Assembly: GCA_046756285.1 (NCBI GenBank)
Contig: JBHHWA010000001.1
Coordinates: 1 to 25,487 of the forward strand
Source: Thermoplasmata archaeon
GTDB taxonomy: Archaea > Thermoplasmatota > Thermoplasmata > RBG-16-68-12 > JAJISG01
Direction of reading: 5' to 3'
DNA length: 25,487 bases
The notes beneath the pieces are model-generated. The model saw only the letters and a program-made list of their open reading frames with translations. It was not told where the DNA came from and did not search any database. The translations under genes were made by a program, and so were the position numbers. Positions 7,273 to 15,239 of this stretch are shown here, one piece after another (position 1 is the stretch's first letter; each line of letters starts with the position of its first letter).

Positions 7273-8529
7273 GTGCGTGGCCGCCCCGCGCAAGTCTCGG
7301 CGCTTCGGACCGCTCTGGGGGTCATCTGGCTCATCGCCCTCATCCTGTTTCTGGTCTACCTCGCCATCAGTCTTGCCGCCCTCCTATGGATTAGCCCCCT
7401 CATTGTGGACGGCATCATCGGAGGCACGTGCCCTGAGGGGCTGGATTGCAGGGGCTTCTTCTTCTGGATCAATCCGCTGAACCCGAACTTTCTGGAGGTC
7501 ATCAGGCTAGGCGGGACGGGCCTCCTGACCTGGTTCTTCATCGTACTCACCGTGATCTTCGGGATTGTCCTCTATCTGGCTCTCTTCTACGCCAGGCGGA
7601 CCTACCGCGACATCCGTCTGCCGCCGGAGCGTGTCGACGAGAAGCTCGCCTCCCGCAGCCCCATCGTGGCCGTGGGACAGGTCTTCATGGCCATTCTCTT
7701 CTTCGACACCGTCTATCTCCTGATCATTCTGCCCCTCTTGGGCGTCGTCCCGGAGGTCCCTCAAATCGATCCAGAGTGGTATTTCCTCTACATCGTGGTG
7801 AACGCCACCGTTTGGGAGGAGCTGGCATTCCGTGTCCTTCTCATCGGGCTCCCCATGGTCCTCGCCTCCATGGTCACCCGCCTCTCCGATGTGGTCTCCG
7901 GCCAGCGTGTGCAGGGGGAGGGCCGAGGTCGCTACCTCGCAGGGCCCTTCAAGTACCTCCTCGGCGGGCACGTACGCGAGGGCTCGCCTCGGTCCGCGAT
8001 CATCGTCGGGGCGGCCCTTGTCTTCGTCTCCGCGATCATCTTCGGCTACCTCCACGTGCCGGGATCGGGCGCCTGGCGGTTCGTGCTCGCCTTCGTATCG
8101 GGCCTGGCCATGGGCTATCTTTTTCTGCGCTACGGCATCGTGGCCTCCATCCTCTTTCACTTCTCCATCAACTCTCTCGGCGTTCTGGGCGGCGTGGCAG
8201 TGGCAAGCCTCGGGTCGGCGCTCTTTGTGGGGCTGCTGTACTGGGCGCTTGTCGCCTTCGGTGCCGGCTTCTTTGCGTACTACACGAAGCGGGTGGGGGG
8301 TTTCCTGCTGCGCCCCTTTCCCAGGCCCCGCCGACGGCCCGCCCCCGCCCCGCGGTCGAACCCGCGCCCGACCAACCCGGGGGGCGAGCTCCTCCTCTTC
8401 CCGGTCACCTGCCCCGAGTGCGGCGGCCATGAGGCCGAGTACCAGGACGGAGCCCTGGTCTGTTCACAGTGCGGGACGAGGATTTCGACCCCCGGGCCGG
8501 ATCGGGGAGGGAGCGAGGTTCTCGACTAG
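7273..8529 (+). CDS. CPBP (CAAX/Abi-type) intramembrane glutamic metalloprotease with a C-terminal zinc ribbon
   Basis: Multiple TM helices; motifs NATVWEELAFR, IFGYLH, SILFHFSIN; C-terminal CPECGG...CSQCG. Start set at GTG7273 because TTTTTAT lies about 30 nt upstream (ORF track start is 7234). Confidence 0.85.
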   Translation: MRGRPAQVSALRTALGVIWLIALILFLVYLAISLAALLWISPLIVDGIIGGTCPEGLDCRGFFFWINPLNPNFLEVIRLGGTGLLTWFFIVLTVIFGIVLYLALFYARRTYRDIRLPPERVDEKLASRSPIVAVGQVFMAILFFDTVYLLIILPLLGVVPEVPQIDPEWYFLYIVVNATVWEELAFRVLLIGLPMVLASMVTRLSDVVSGQRVQGEGRGRYLAGPFKYLLGGHVREGSPRSAIIVGAALVFVSAIIFGYLHVPGSGAWRFVLAFVSGLAMGYLFLRYGIVASILFHFSINSLGVLGGVAVASLGSALFVGLLYWALVAFGAGFFAYYTKRVGGFLLRPFPRPRRRPAPAPRSNPRPTNPGGELLLFPVTCPECGGHEAEYQDGALVCSQCGTRISTPGPDRGGSEVLD

Positions 8530-8859
8530 GCCTTGGAGATCATCCGAGACCACCGTCACGCAGATGTCGCCTAAGGGGGCGTGGGCGGAGAAGGACACCC
8601 GTCCAGCGTAGGCCGCCTGCTTGTTCAGATAGAAGACCAGGCGATTCCCTTGAATGGATCCGGTCAACAGTTCCCGAGCGGAGTCCCGTATGTGCTGCCG
8701 CTGGAGGAGCTCGGCGAGTCGATCGAGGGACCCTGCCCTCCCCGTGATTCGTTCCCCGACGGTGAGTTGCGCCCCGGGGAAGATGTTGAGCACGGCCTGC
8801 TGCACCTTCCCGGTGGTCTCCGTCGCCCGGCAGGGCGTTTCCACGAGCGCCTCGTGCAC
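8464..8859 (-). CDS. UPF0201 / RNA-binding domain protein (COG1931-like)
   Basis: TETTGKVQQAVLNIFP, LLQRQHIRDSAR, FYLNKQAAYAGRVSF, PLGDICVTV signature; overlaps the 3' end of the CPBP gene by 66 bp. Confidence 0.85.
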   Translation of the reverse strand: MHEALVETPCRATETTGKVQQAVLNIFPGAQLTVGERITGRAGSLDRLAELLQRQHIRDSARELLTGSIQGNRLVFYLNKQAAYAGRVSFSAHAPLGDICVTVVSDDLQGLVENLAPSPIRPGGRNPRPAL

Positions 8860-8935
8860 GCTTCCCCATCCGCCGACCGGCTAAAGGTTGACGCGTCGCG
8901 AACCTTCTTTAACACGCCCTTCCATCCGGGGCGGA

Positions 8936-10387
8936 ATGCGGGAGGACCTTCTCTCACTCGCCATGGAGTCGGGCGTCCTCCTGGAACCCGAGTTGGCGGA
9001 CTACCTCGCGGGGCGCGCCCACCCCGTCGATAGCCTGCTAGCCATCCTAGACGCGGTGAACCCTCGCCCCCTGGTCCTCACGCTGGAGGAGATCCGGGCC
9101 CTGAACCCGGTGCTTCCTGAGTCTCAGGCCACGCCCGCCTCCGCGCCCGTTGCGGCCCGTATGCGACGCGACCGATCCGGGACCCGCCGGGAGGACCACG
9201 ATCCCGACGTGGTCGTCCTCCAAGACATCACCGGCCGCTCCACATGCACCGGAGAGATGCGGGACTTCTCCCGCTACTTCGACCACCGGTACAAGGCCCT
9301 CTCCTCTCTCCTGCGGGGGAGGCGGGAACTCGTGGGGGCCGTGTCCATCAGCCGCGCCCTCCGCATGGCCCGGGAGGTCCGCGTGATCGGCATCGTCCAG
9401 TCCGTGAAGCGGACCCGGACGGGGAACTACCTGCTCCTCATCGAGGACCAGGAGGCGTCCTGTCAGGTCTTGGTCCCGAGCGAGGGTCCCGGTGTCGACG
9501 GCGCCCCCGTGCCTGACGAGGTCCTCGGGGTCGTGGGTCGCCCCTGGAAGGACGGCATCCTTCTCGCCGAAGAGATCGTGCGGCCGGACATACCCGCCTC
9601 CCACGCCTTCCGCGGGGCGGACGAGGCTGTCAGTGCCGCCTTCATCTCCGACATCCACGTGGGAAGCCGCCTGTTCCTCCGGGACAAGTGGGACCGATTC
9701 GTCCGCTGGTTGGAGACCGAGGAGGCCTCCCGGATCAAGTACCTCGTCGTCGTGGGCGACGTCGTCGATGGCATCGGGGTCTACCCGCGACAAGACGAGG
9801 ACCTGGCCGTGGATGACGTGTACCGGCAGTACGAGGAGGTCGCCGACATGCTGGGCGCCCTCCCGGACGACCTGCAGGTGATCGTTCTCCCGGGCAATCA
9901 CGACGCGACGCGTCCTGCCGAGCCCCAGCCCGCGCTGTCTGAGGCAATCCAGAAAGCCTTCCCCGACGGGGTCCTGTTCGTCGGCAATCCGGCCCTCCTC
10001 CGCCTCCACGGCGTCGACGTGCTCTGCTATCACGGCAAGAGCATGGACGACCTGGTGACGAGCATCCCGGGCGTCACCTACGACCGTCCTCTGGCAGGGA
10101 TGGTGGAGATGCTGAAGCGGCGCCACCTGGCCCCCTCATACGGGGGCAAGACGCCGCTGGCGCCGGAACGAGCCGACCACCTGATCGTCGACCCTCCCCC
10201 CTCTGTCTTCGCCACGGGCCACGTCCACGGGTTCGGGATCGGGGAGTACCGGGGCATCCGCCTCCTTAACGCCTCGACCTGGCAGGCGCAGACCGCCTTC
10301 CAGCGGATGCACAACATCACGCCCAAGCCGGGGATGGTCCCTACTGTGGACCTCCAGACCGGGGAGGCCTTCGCCCAGGCCTTCTGA
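8936..10387 (+). CDS. polB: DNA polymerase D small subunit DP1 (3'-5' exonuclease)
   Basis: OB-fold region (VRVIGIVQSV...LLIED) and phosphoesterase motifs SDIHVG, GDVVDG, PGNHD, YHG, GHVH, plus HLAPSYG. ATG8936 preferred (TTTAAC about 28 nt upstream) over TTG8888. Confidence 0.95.
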   Translation: MREDLLSLAMESGVLLEPELADYLAGRAHPVDSLLAILDAVNPRPLVLTLEEIRALNPVLPESQATPASAPVAARMRRDRSGTRREDHDPDVVVLQDITGRSTCTGEMRDFSRYFDHRYKALSSLLRGRRELVGAVSISRALRMAREVRVIGIVQSVKRTRTGNYLLLIEDQEASCQVLVPSEGPGVDGAPVPDEVLGVVGRPWKDGILLAEEIVRPDIPASHAFRGADEAVSAAFISDIHVGSRLFLRDKWDRFVRWLETEEASRIKYLVVVGDVVDGIGVYPRQDEDLAVDDVYRQYEEVADMLGALPDDLQVIVLPGNHDATRPAEPQPALSEAIQKAFPDGVLFVGNPALLRLHGVDVLCYHGKSMDDLVTSIPGVTYDRPLAGMVEMLKRRHLAPSYGGKTPLAPERADHLIVDPPPSVFATGHVHGFGIGEYRGIRLLNASTWQAQTAFQRMHNITPKPGMVPTVDLQTGEAFAQAF

Positions 10388-10435
10388 AGGTCCGAGGGAA
10401 ATGCCCTTCTAGGCCCGCCCGCTACGGCGATTCGC

Positions 10436-11137
10436 ATGCGGATCCTCGCCGTCGGCGACATCCACGGGAAGGAACACCTGGACGCCTTGCGGGCGTCCCT
10501 TCGCGAAGCCCCGGCTGCGGACCTAATCCTCCTCGCAGGCGACATCACCCAGCGCAACGACGTGGACCTATACGGCCACGTGCTGGAGGCCTTCGAGGAG
10601 GTCGGGACCGCCCCAATCCTCGCCGTGTTCGGCAACCACGAGTGGTCCGACTCCCACGCGGAGTACCGGATGGCCTACCCCATCGCCTTTCTGGAGGAGG
10701 AGGCGCAGACCCTGGGGGTCGCGGACCGTACAATCCGGGTCGTGGGGAGCACGGGCGTGCTCGATCGGCCCACGTGGTGGCAACGCACGAACCTCCCGCA
10801 GATCACCGGAGAGTATACCCGAAGGCTCCAGGCACTCGATCACCTTCTGGAGGAGGACGGGTTTCGGATTCTCCTTACGCACTACGCCCCCACCTACCGC
10901 ACCCTCGTCGGGGAGGGGGAGAGCTATTGGGACCAGCTGGGATCCAAGCGAATGGAGCAGGTTCTCCTGCGCCATCGACCCGATCTCGTCATTCACGGCC
11001 ATGCCCATTTGGGCATCCCCTTCGCCGAGCTCCAGACAGGCCAGACGACCCTGGAGAACTTTGACCGGGAACGCGCAATTCCGATCCACAACGTGGCCTT
11101 TCCCGTTCGGAAGGACGTGACCGTTCTGGATCTGTGA
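10436..11137 (+). CDS. Calcineurin-like metallophosphoesterase
   Basis: GDIHG, AGDI, GNHE, THYAP and HGHAH motifs. Confidence 0.88.
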   Translation: MRILAVGDIHGKEHLDALRASLREAPAADLILLAGDITQRNDVDLYGHVLEAFEEVGTAPILAVFGNHEWSDSHAEYRMAYPIAFLEEEAQTLGVADRTIRVVGSTGVLDRPTWWQRTNLPQITGEYTRRLQALDHLLEEDGFRILLTHYAPTYRTLVGEGESYWDQLGSKRMEQVLLRHRPDLVIHGHAHLGIPFAELQTGQTTLENFDRERAIPIHNVAFPVRKDVTVLDL

Positions 11138-11170
11138 GGCGAAAAGAGACACCCCGTGGGGTCGCCAAGC

Positions 11171-14100
11171 TTAGGCGGAGGGATCGATAACTATGCCGCG
11201 ATCCACGTCCCCGACGTCGATGCTATAGATCCGAGTTCCGAGTTGCTCGATCACGATGATCTTCCAGACGACCCCTTTATCATGGCGATACCAGCGGATG
11301 TACCCATCCTCCGTGGCGATAACGATGTCGTCCCAGTAGTCCCCATCGATGTCGGCCACGCGGAGGCTGCGCACGTCGTCTTGGTTCGTGTGAATGAGCG
11401 TGCGGGTCCAGGTGCCGTCGTTGGCCCACCAGTAGACCCGGTTGTCTTGGGTCCCTGCCGCGATGTCGTAGGTGGAGTCGGCGTCTAAGAAGCCGACGTC
11501 GACGGCGTTGACCCTGCCCGTGGCCGCCAAGCTGACGGAACCCCAGGCAGGGGCGTATAAGACACGGGCCGTGCTGCCCGCCGCGACCACGATGTCGTTG
11601 TCTCCATCGCCGTCCATGTCAGCCACGGCGAGGTCCTCCACCTGGGGACCGACGTGGATCACCTCTTCGTCAGGGAGCGTAATGAAGCGCCGCACGAAGA
11701 TGTGGTCCACGTAGACGGCGTCCAGGTCCGTGGCGTTCGGATCCCGGTTCGTGTCCCGCACCCGCAGGTAGAGAGGCGCGCCTCCAATGATTGTCGGGAG
11801 ATTCGCCGTCTGGTACTCGTTGTCATCCACGGTCTTCGTCACGGTGATGAGCGTAGACCACGGCCCGGCCGGGGCGAGAGAGCCCTCGACGACGAAATCG
11901 TCGAATTCGCTGTTGAGGGTGTGGTGGGCCTCCACGAAGAGCTTGTATGCGTCCCCACCCGCGCCCACGGGGAAGGACCGCCACTGATGCTCCAAACGGC
12001 TCGTCGTGCCCTGCAGGCCGATAACCACGACTACGACCTGGTCGAGAGAGATCCGGGAGGCCATGCTGTCTGTGGCCGAATCCAGGTTGGACATGTCTGT
12101 GTCTTGGAACACGATGTAAAGGTCACCACCGCCAAATCCGGCGGCGCTCAGGTCATAGATCTTCAGTGTCTCCGTGGTTTCCGTTAGGGTGCCCAAGACC
12201 GAAACACCGCCGGCCCCGACCTTGTAACCAATCTCGAAGGCTTCCGATCCATCCCCCTCGCTAATGAAGCCGCTGACGACGAGGAACGCCCGATCGGTCG
12301 GGCCGAGGGGCGCGACATTCCCCATGACGTACTGGTGCCCTGGTTCGGCGCCCCCCGTGCTGTTCCGCATGAGGTAAAGGTCGTCCTCGAACCACCAAAA
12401 CGCGTCGTAGAACTCCTCCTGCAGCTCCTCGTACACGCCGTCATCCGCGTACGTGTCCAGGTAGCTCCCAGAGAAGACGACGTCGAACTCGGAGAGGATC
12501 TCGTTAACGGGGACGTAAAAGTCCCACACCTCGCCCGGGCCGAGGACCTCCTCGATGGCCTCGTACGTGTTGTCCGACACACGCGTGTCCGCGACGGTCC
12601 CGGTGATGTTCCCAAACACCGGCATGTCCGTTTCGAGCGTGTAGTCGGCCGTCAGTTGTGTGCCAAAGACGCCAAACCCGTTGTTACGGTAGATGATGAC
12701 GTCCCCGCCGTCCGTCCCCGCGACGATGTCGTTGAATCCGTCGCCTCCCGCAGGGTAGACGTCGGCGAGCTTGACCACGTTGATGCCCGGTCCCAGGTTG
12801 GCGACGAGGCTCGGGGTCCAGTCGCCGTCGTTGGAGTAGGTCCAAATCTCCCCGGCGCTGGTCCCGATCACGATGTCGTTGTCGGAGTCCCGATCGATGA
12901 GCCCGATCGCTACCGCCTCCACGCTGTCCGCCAGGTTGTCGATTTCGAAGCGGGTCCATTGGCTCCCATCGCCCAAGGTGTTCCGATACCAGAGGACACG
13001 CCCGACCTCGAGTCCGAAGACCGCATCCAGGTCGCTGTCCTCATCCAAGTCTCCGAGGGCCACATCCAGGAAGTCTCCGCCCCCGAAGGGCGGGCTGCCC
13101 CCGCAGAACCAGAGGAAGCAGTCTCTCCGGAAGGACTCCATGACGGTCCGACTCCAGGCCCCGTCATTCTCGTAGAACGTGGCGTACCAGGTCTCGTCGT
13201 TGCCGAAGAGGAAGAACGTGACTTCGTTCAGGGCCGCGATGGCGTCCAGATCCCAGCGGGCCCCACGGACGATGACCTGGGCAGTGAGCGCGTACTCCTC
13301 GTTGAAGTCGGCGATGCGCTTGATGCGGAAGCCGTAGGCGTTGGTCCCGAAGAGCCAGGGATCCAGGTTCGTGGTCGAGAGGTCGACGTTGAAACGGTAG
13401 GAACGGGTGTCGTTGACCGCGCCCGGGCTCACGGGGTCGTTGCCGGGCGTGGCCCAGACCTGGACACCACTCTCATAGTCCGAGATGACCACGTCGCCAA
13501 AGATGAAGCCGGCGTCCGTGTCCCGGACCGTGACTCGGACGTACATTCTGTCTGTCGTGTTGAATGTGTTCGTTGGCTGCGTGTGGGCCGCGTCCGCGAA
13601 GAACTCGACCTTCGGATAGTCGGGCGCGCTGCCATTCTGTTCCGTCACCAGGATGGAATCAACGGTGGCGAACCGGTTGTTGGGGGGAGGTACGTTGTTG
13701 GCCCGGATCTCCATCGACACGGAGTGCGGCCCAACGACCAGCTGGACGCCATCCCATCCGTACGCACTGGAGTTCGTGCTGAAGCGGTGCTCGTAAACGT
13801 AGAAGCCTCCCACGAAGCCGAGGAAGGTGAAGGCTCGCGTGCTGGAGGGAAGGGAGGTCTGTGTCACGGGATCGTTGTATGGGGCGAAGCTGTAGACCTC
13901 CGGCCTCTGGGGGAGCCCCGAGGGGGAATAGAGGAACACGTCGTTTTGGAGATCGGCGTTCTTCAGCTTCTGGCTGGCCACGACGATGACGACGGTCTCT
14001 CCCTTCCGGAAGGTTCGGGTTCCGTTGGCGTTGTAGCCGTTGGTGTCCCACTCCGTCGCGTTGAAGATGTCATACAGCTGGAGGTCGCTCTCGAGGGCCA

Positions 14101-14986
14101 GGCCCTCGGGGCCCTTGAAGGGGAGTCCCCCGCCCAAGTTCAGGACCTCGAAGATGAGGCGCGTCTGCGCTTCGCGGCCGCCCTGGTCCGTGGCGTTGAG
14201 AATGATGATGCCCCCATCCCAGGTCTGCAGCGCGGCGAAGCTCAGGGCCCGACTGAAGACCCCATCTCCCGCGAGGGCGTCTCCGACGTTCGGGTCCCCG
14301 TTGTCCAGGAGCTGGACGTAGCCAAGGGGGGCGCCGAACCCGAAGGTGATGTAGCCCCAGACGGAGGCCGCGTCCAGGTCCCCATCCGGGTCCCCGACGC
14401 GGGCGTAGATCGCAAAGGTATCGTCCACGCCCACGGGGTCGCGGCTCGGGGTCGAGGGCTCCGAGTCAACCCACTTCTCCAGGAAGACGGGCAGGCGCTC
14501 CCCGCCCTCGCCCAGGAGGATCTGGTCCCAAATGACCGTCCCACGGACGACGTCCACGACCAAAACCGACACCTGGGCGGTACGGTTGATGGTCTCGTTC
14601 TCGTAAAACCACGTCTCCCCGATATTCCAGTGGATGTCGGGGCCATCAACGCCGTAGGGCTTCACGCTCACCCCGTCGAAGTGATTGCCCTGCGTCTTGA
14701 GCGTATGAGTGGTCCCGTCGATGGTGAGGTAGACCCGCGTGTTCGTATCGAGCAGGTCGTCGCCCCCGAGGTGGGTCAGGTTGACGTAGGCGCCGGCCCA
14801 GGATCCGGCCACGTACCGCCCCTCGAGGCCGCCATCGATGCCGGCATTCCCCGCGGCCCGGGGCGCGGGGAGGGTGAAGACCCAGAGAACGATGGTGGAG
14901 AAGATGACGACCGTGATCAGGAGGATGAGAATGGTTCCAATGACCTCTGAGACTCCACGATGGTCCAGAGGTCTCCGCGGCAGCAC
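11171..14986 (-). CDS. Giant type IV pilin-like surface protein, paralog 2: class III signal peptide, stalk, FG-GAP propeller with nested insert (1271 aa)
   Basis: GTG start with GGAGGAG SD; HRG|VSEVIGTILILLITVVIFS; LLDNGDPNVGDALAGDGVF; FG-GAP repeats LGDLDEDSDLD, IGLIDRDSDND, LADVYPAGGDGFND, VADMDGDGDND, VGFLDADSTYD, VADIDGDYWDD, and half repeat VGDVDRG. Confidence 0.9.
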   Translation of the reverse strand: MLPRRPLDHRGVSEVIGTILILLITVVIFSTIVLWVFTLPAPRAAGNAGIDGGLEGRYVAGSWAGAYVNLTHLGGDDLLDTNTRVYLTIDGTTHTLKTQGNHFDGVSVKPYGVDGPDIHWNIGETWFYENETINRTAQVSVLVVDVVRGTVIWDQILLGEGGERLPVFLEKWVDSEPSTPSRDPVGVDDTFAIYARVGDPDGDLDAASVWGYITFGFGAPLGYVQLLDNGDPNVGDALAGDGVFSRALSFAALQTWDGGIIILNATDQGGREAQTRLIFEVLNLGGGLPFKGPEGLALESDLQLYDIFNATEWDTNGYNANGTRTFRKGETVVIVVASQKLKNADLQNDVFLYSPSGLPQRPEVYSFAPYNDPVTQTSLPSSTRAFTFLGFVGGFYVYEHRFSTNSSAYGWDGVQLVVGPHSVSMEIRANNVPPPNNRFATVDSILVTEQNGSAPDYPKVEFFADAAHTQPTNTFNTTDRMYVRVTVRDTDAGFIFGDVVISDYESGVQVWATPGNDPVSPGAVNDTRSYRFNVDLSTTNLDPWLFGTNAYGFRIKRIADFNEEYALTAQVIVRGARWDLDAIAALNEVTFFLFGNDETWYATFYENDGAWSRTVMESFRRDCFLWFCGGSPPFGGGDFLDVALGDLDEDSDLDAVFGLEVGRVLWYRNTLGDGSQWTRFEIDNLADSVEAVAIGLIDRDSDNDIVIGTSAGEIWTYSNDGDWTPSLVANLGPGINVVKLADVYPAGGDGFNDIVAGTDGGDVIIYRNNGFGVFGTQLTADYTLETDMPVFGNITGTVADTRVSDNTYEAIEEVLGPGEVWDFYVPVNEILSEFDVVFSGSYLDTYADDGVYEELQEEFYDAFWWFEDDLYLMRNSTGGAEPGHQYVMGNVAPLGPTDRAFLVVSGFISEGDGSEAFEIGYKVGAGGVSVLGTLTETTETLKIYDLSAAGFGGGDLYIVFQDTDMSNLDSATDSMASRISLDQVVVVVIGLQGTTSRLEHQWRSFPVGAGGDAYKLFVEAHHTLNSEFDDFVVEGSLAPAGPWSTLITVTKTVDDNEYQTANLPTIIGGAPLYLRVRDTNRDPNATDLDAVYVDHIFVRRFITLPDEEVIHVGPQVEDLAVADMDGDGDNDIVVAAGSTARVLYAPAWGSVSLAATGRVNAVDVGFLDADSTYDIAAGTQDNRVYWWANDGTWTRTLIHTNQDDVRSLRVADIDGDYWDDIVIATEDGYIRWYRHDKGVVWKIIVIEQLGTRIYSIDVGDVDRGIVIDPSA

Positions 14987-15069
14987 TCGAGCTCCTCCCA
15001 GGAAGGAGGCTTGTTTGCGCTGGCCAGCTTATTTAATCGTTCCCGCGGGATTATCGATGAAGATAGCCA
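14793..15069. repeat. 277-bp perfect direct repeat, copy 1 (promoter, SD and first 194 nt of paralog 2)
   Basis: Base-by-base comparison: identical to 17860-18136 (offset 3067). Confidence 0.93.
15026..15056 (-). promoter_or_regulatory. Promoter of paralog 2 (CGATAATC box and TTAAATAA TATA)
   Basis: Minus strand reads CGATAATC-CCGCGGG-AACG-A-TTAA-ATAA-GCT; SD GGAGGAG at 14993-14999. Confidence 0.7.
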
Positions 15070-15133
15070 CAACCCTCCGGAGCGGCGTATCCGATGGCTC
15101 TTCTGCGTTCCCCCGGGGCGACCTGGGGAGGAG

Positions 15134-15204
15134 TGCCAGTCAAGAACTTCAGGTGGCGAGGACTTGGTATCACGAACCAAATGCCCAGGGAGGAGGAGGG
15201 CCGT
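15134..15204 (+). pseudogene. Decayed duplicate of the signal-peptidase promoter and first 8 codons
   Basis: TGCCAGTCAAGAACTT matches 18201 TGCCAGTAAAGAAGTT (offset 3067). ATGCCCAGGGAGGAGGAGGGCCGT (MPREEEGR) matches 18247 ATGCCCAAGGAGGAGGCACGCCGT (MPKEEARR) at 20/24 nt. The ORF stops at TAG 15241-15243. Confidence 0.75.
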
Positions 15205-15239
15205 ATGCGGGGGAGGGCCTCCACTCCGAGAAGTGCTTG

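Noticed and set aside
14155-14197. 43-bp identical block (equals 17222-17264) at the end of the shared N-terminal module
   Set aside because: Other runs of 18-25 bp occur at about 83% background identity over a conserved peptide, so it is not clearly a separate conversion tract.
12335-14950. 871-aa plus-strand ORF and other long antisense ORFs (e.g. 78-794, 1308-2633, 5746-6876, 9047-10126, 19514-20434, 21444-22838)
   Set aside because: They mirror recognisable genes on the opposite strand, have no family motifs, and are expected from GC-rich codon bias.
831-14986. Invertible segment or shufflon between the oppositely oriented paralogs 1 and 2
   Set aside because: Their most similar stretch (pilin helix) still has frequent mismatches, no defined recombination sites were seen, and the window has no recombinase.
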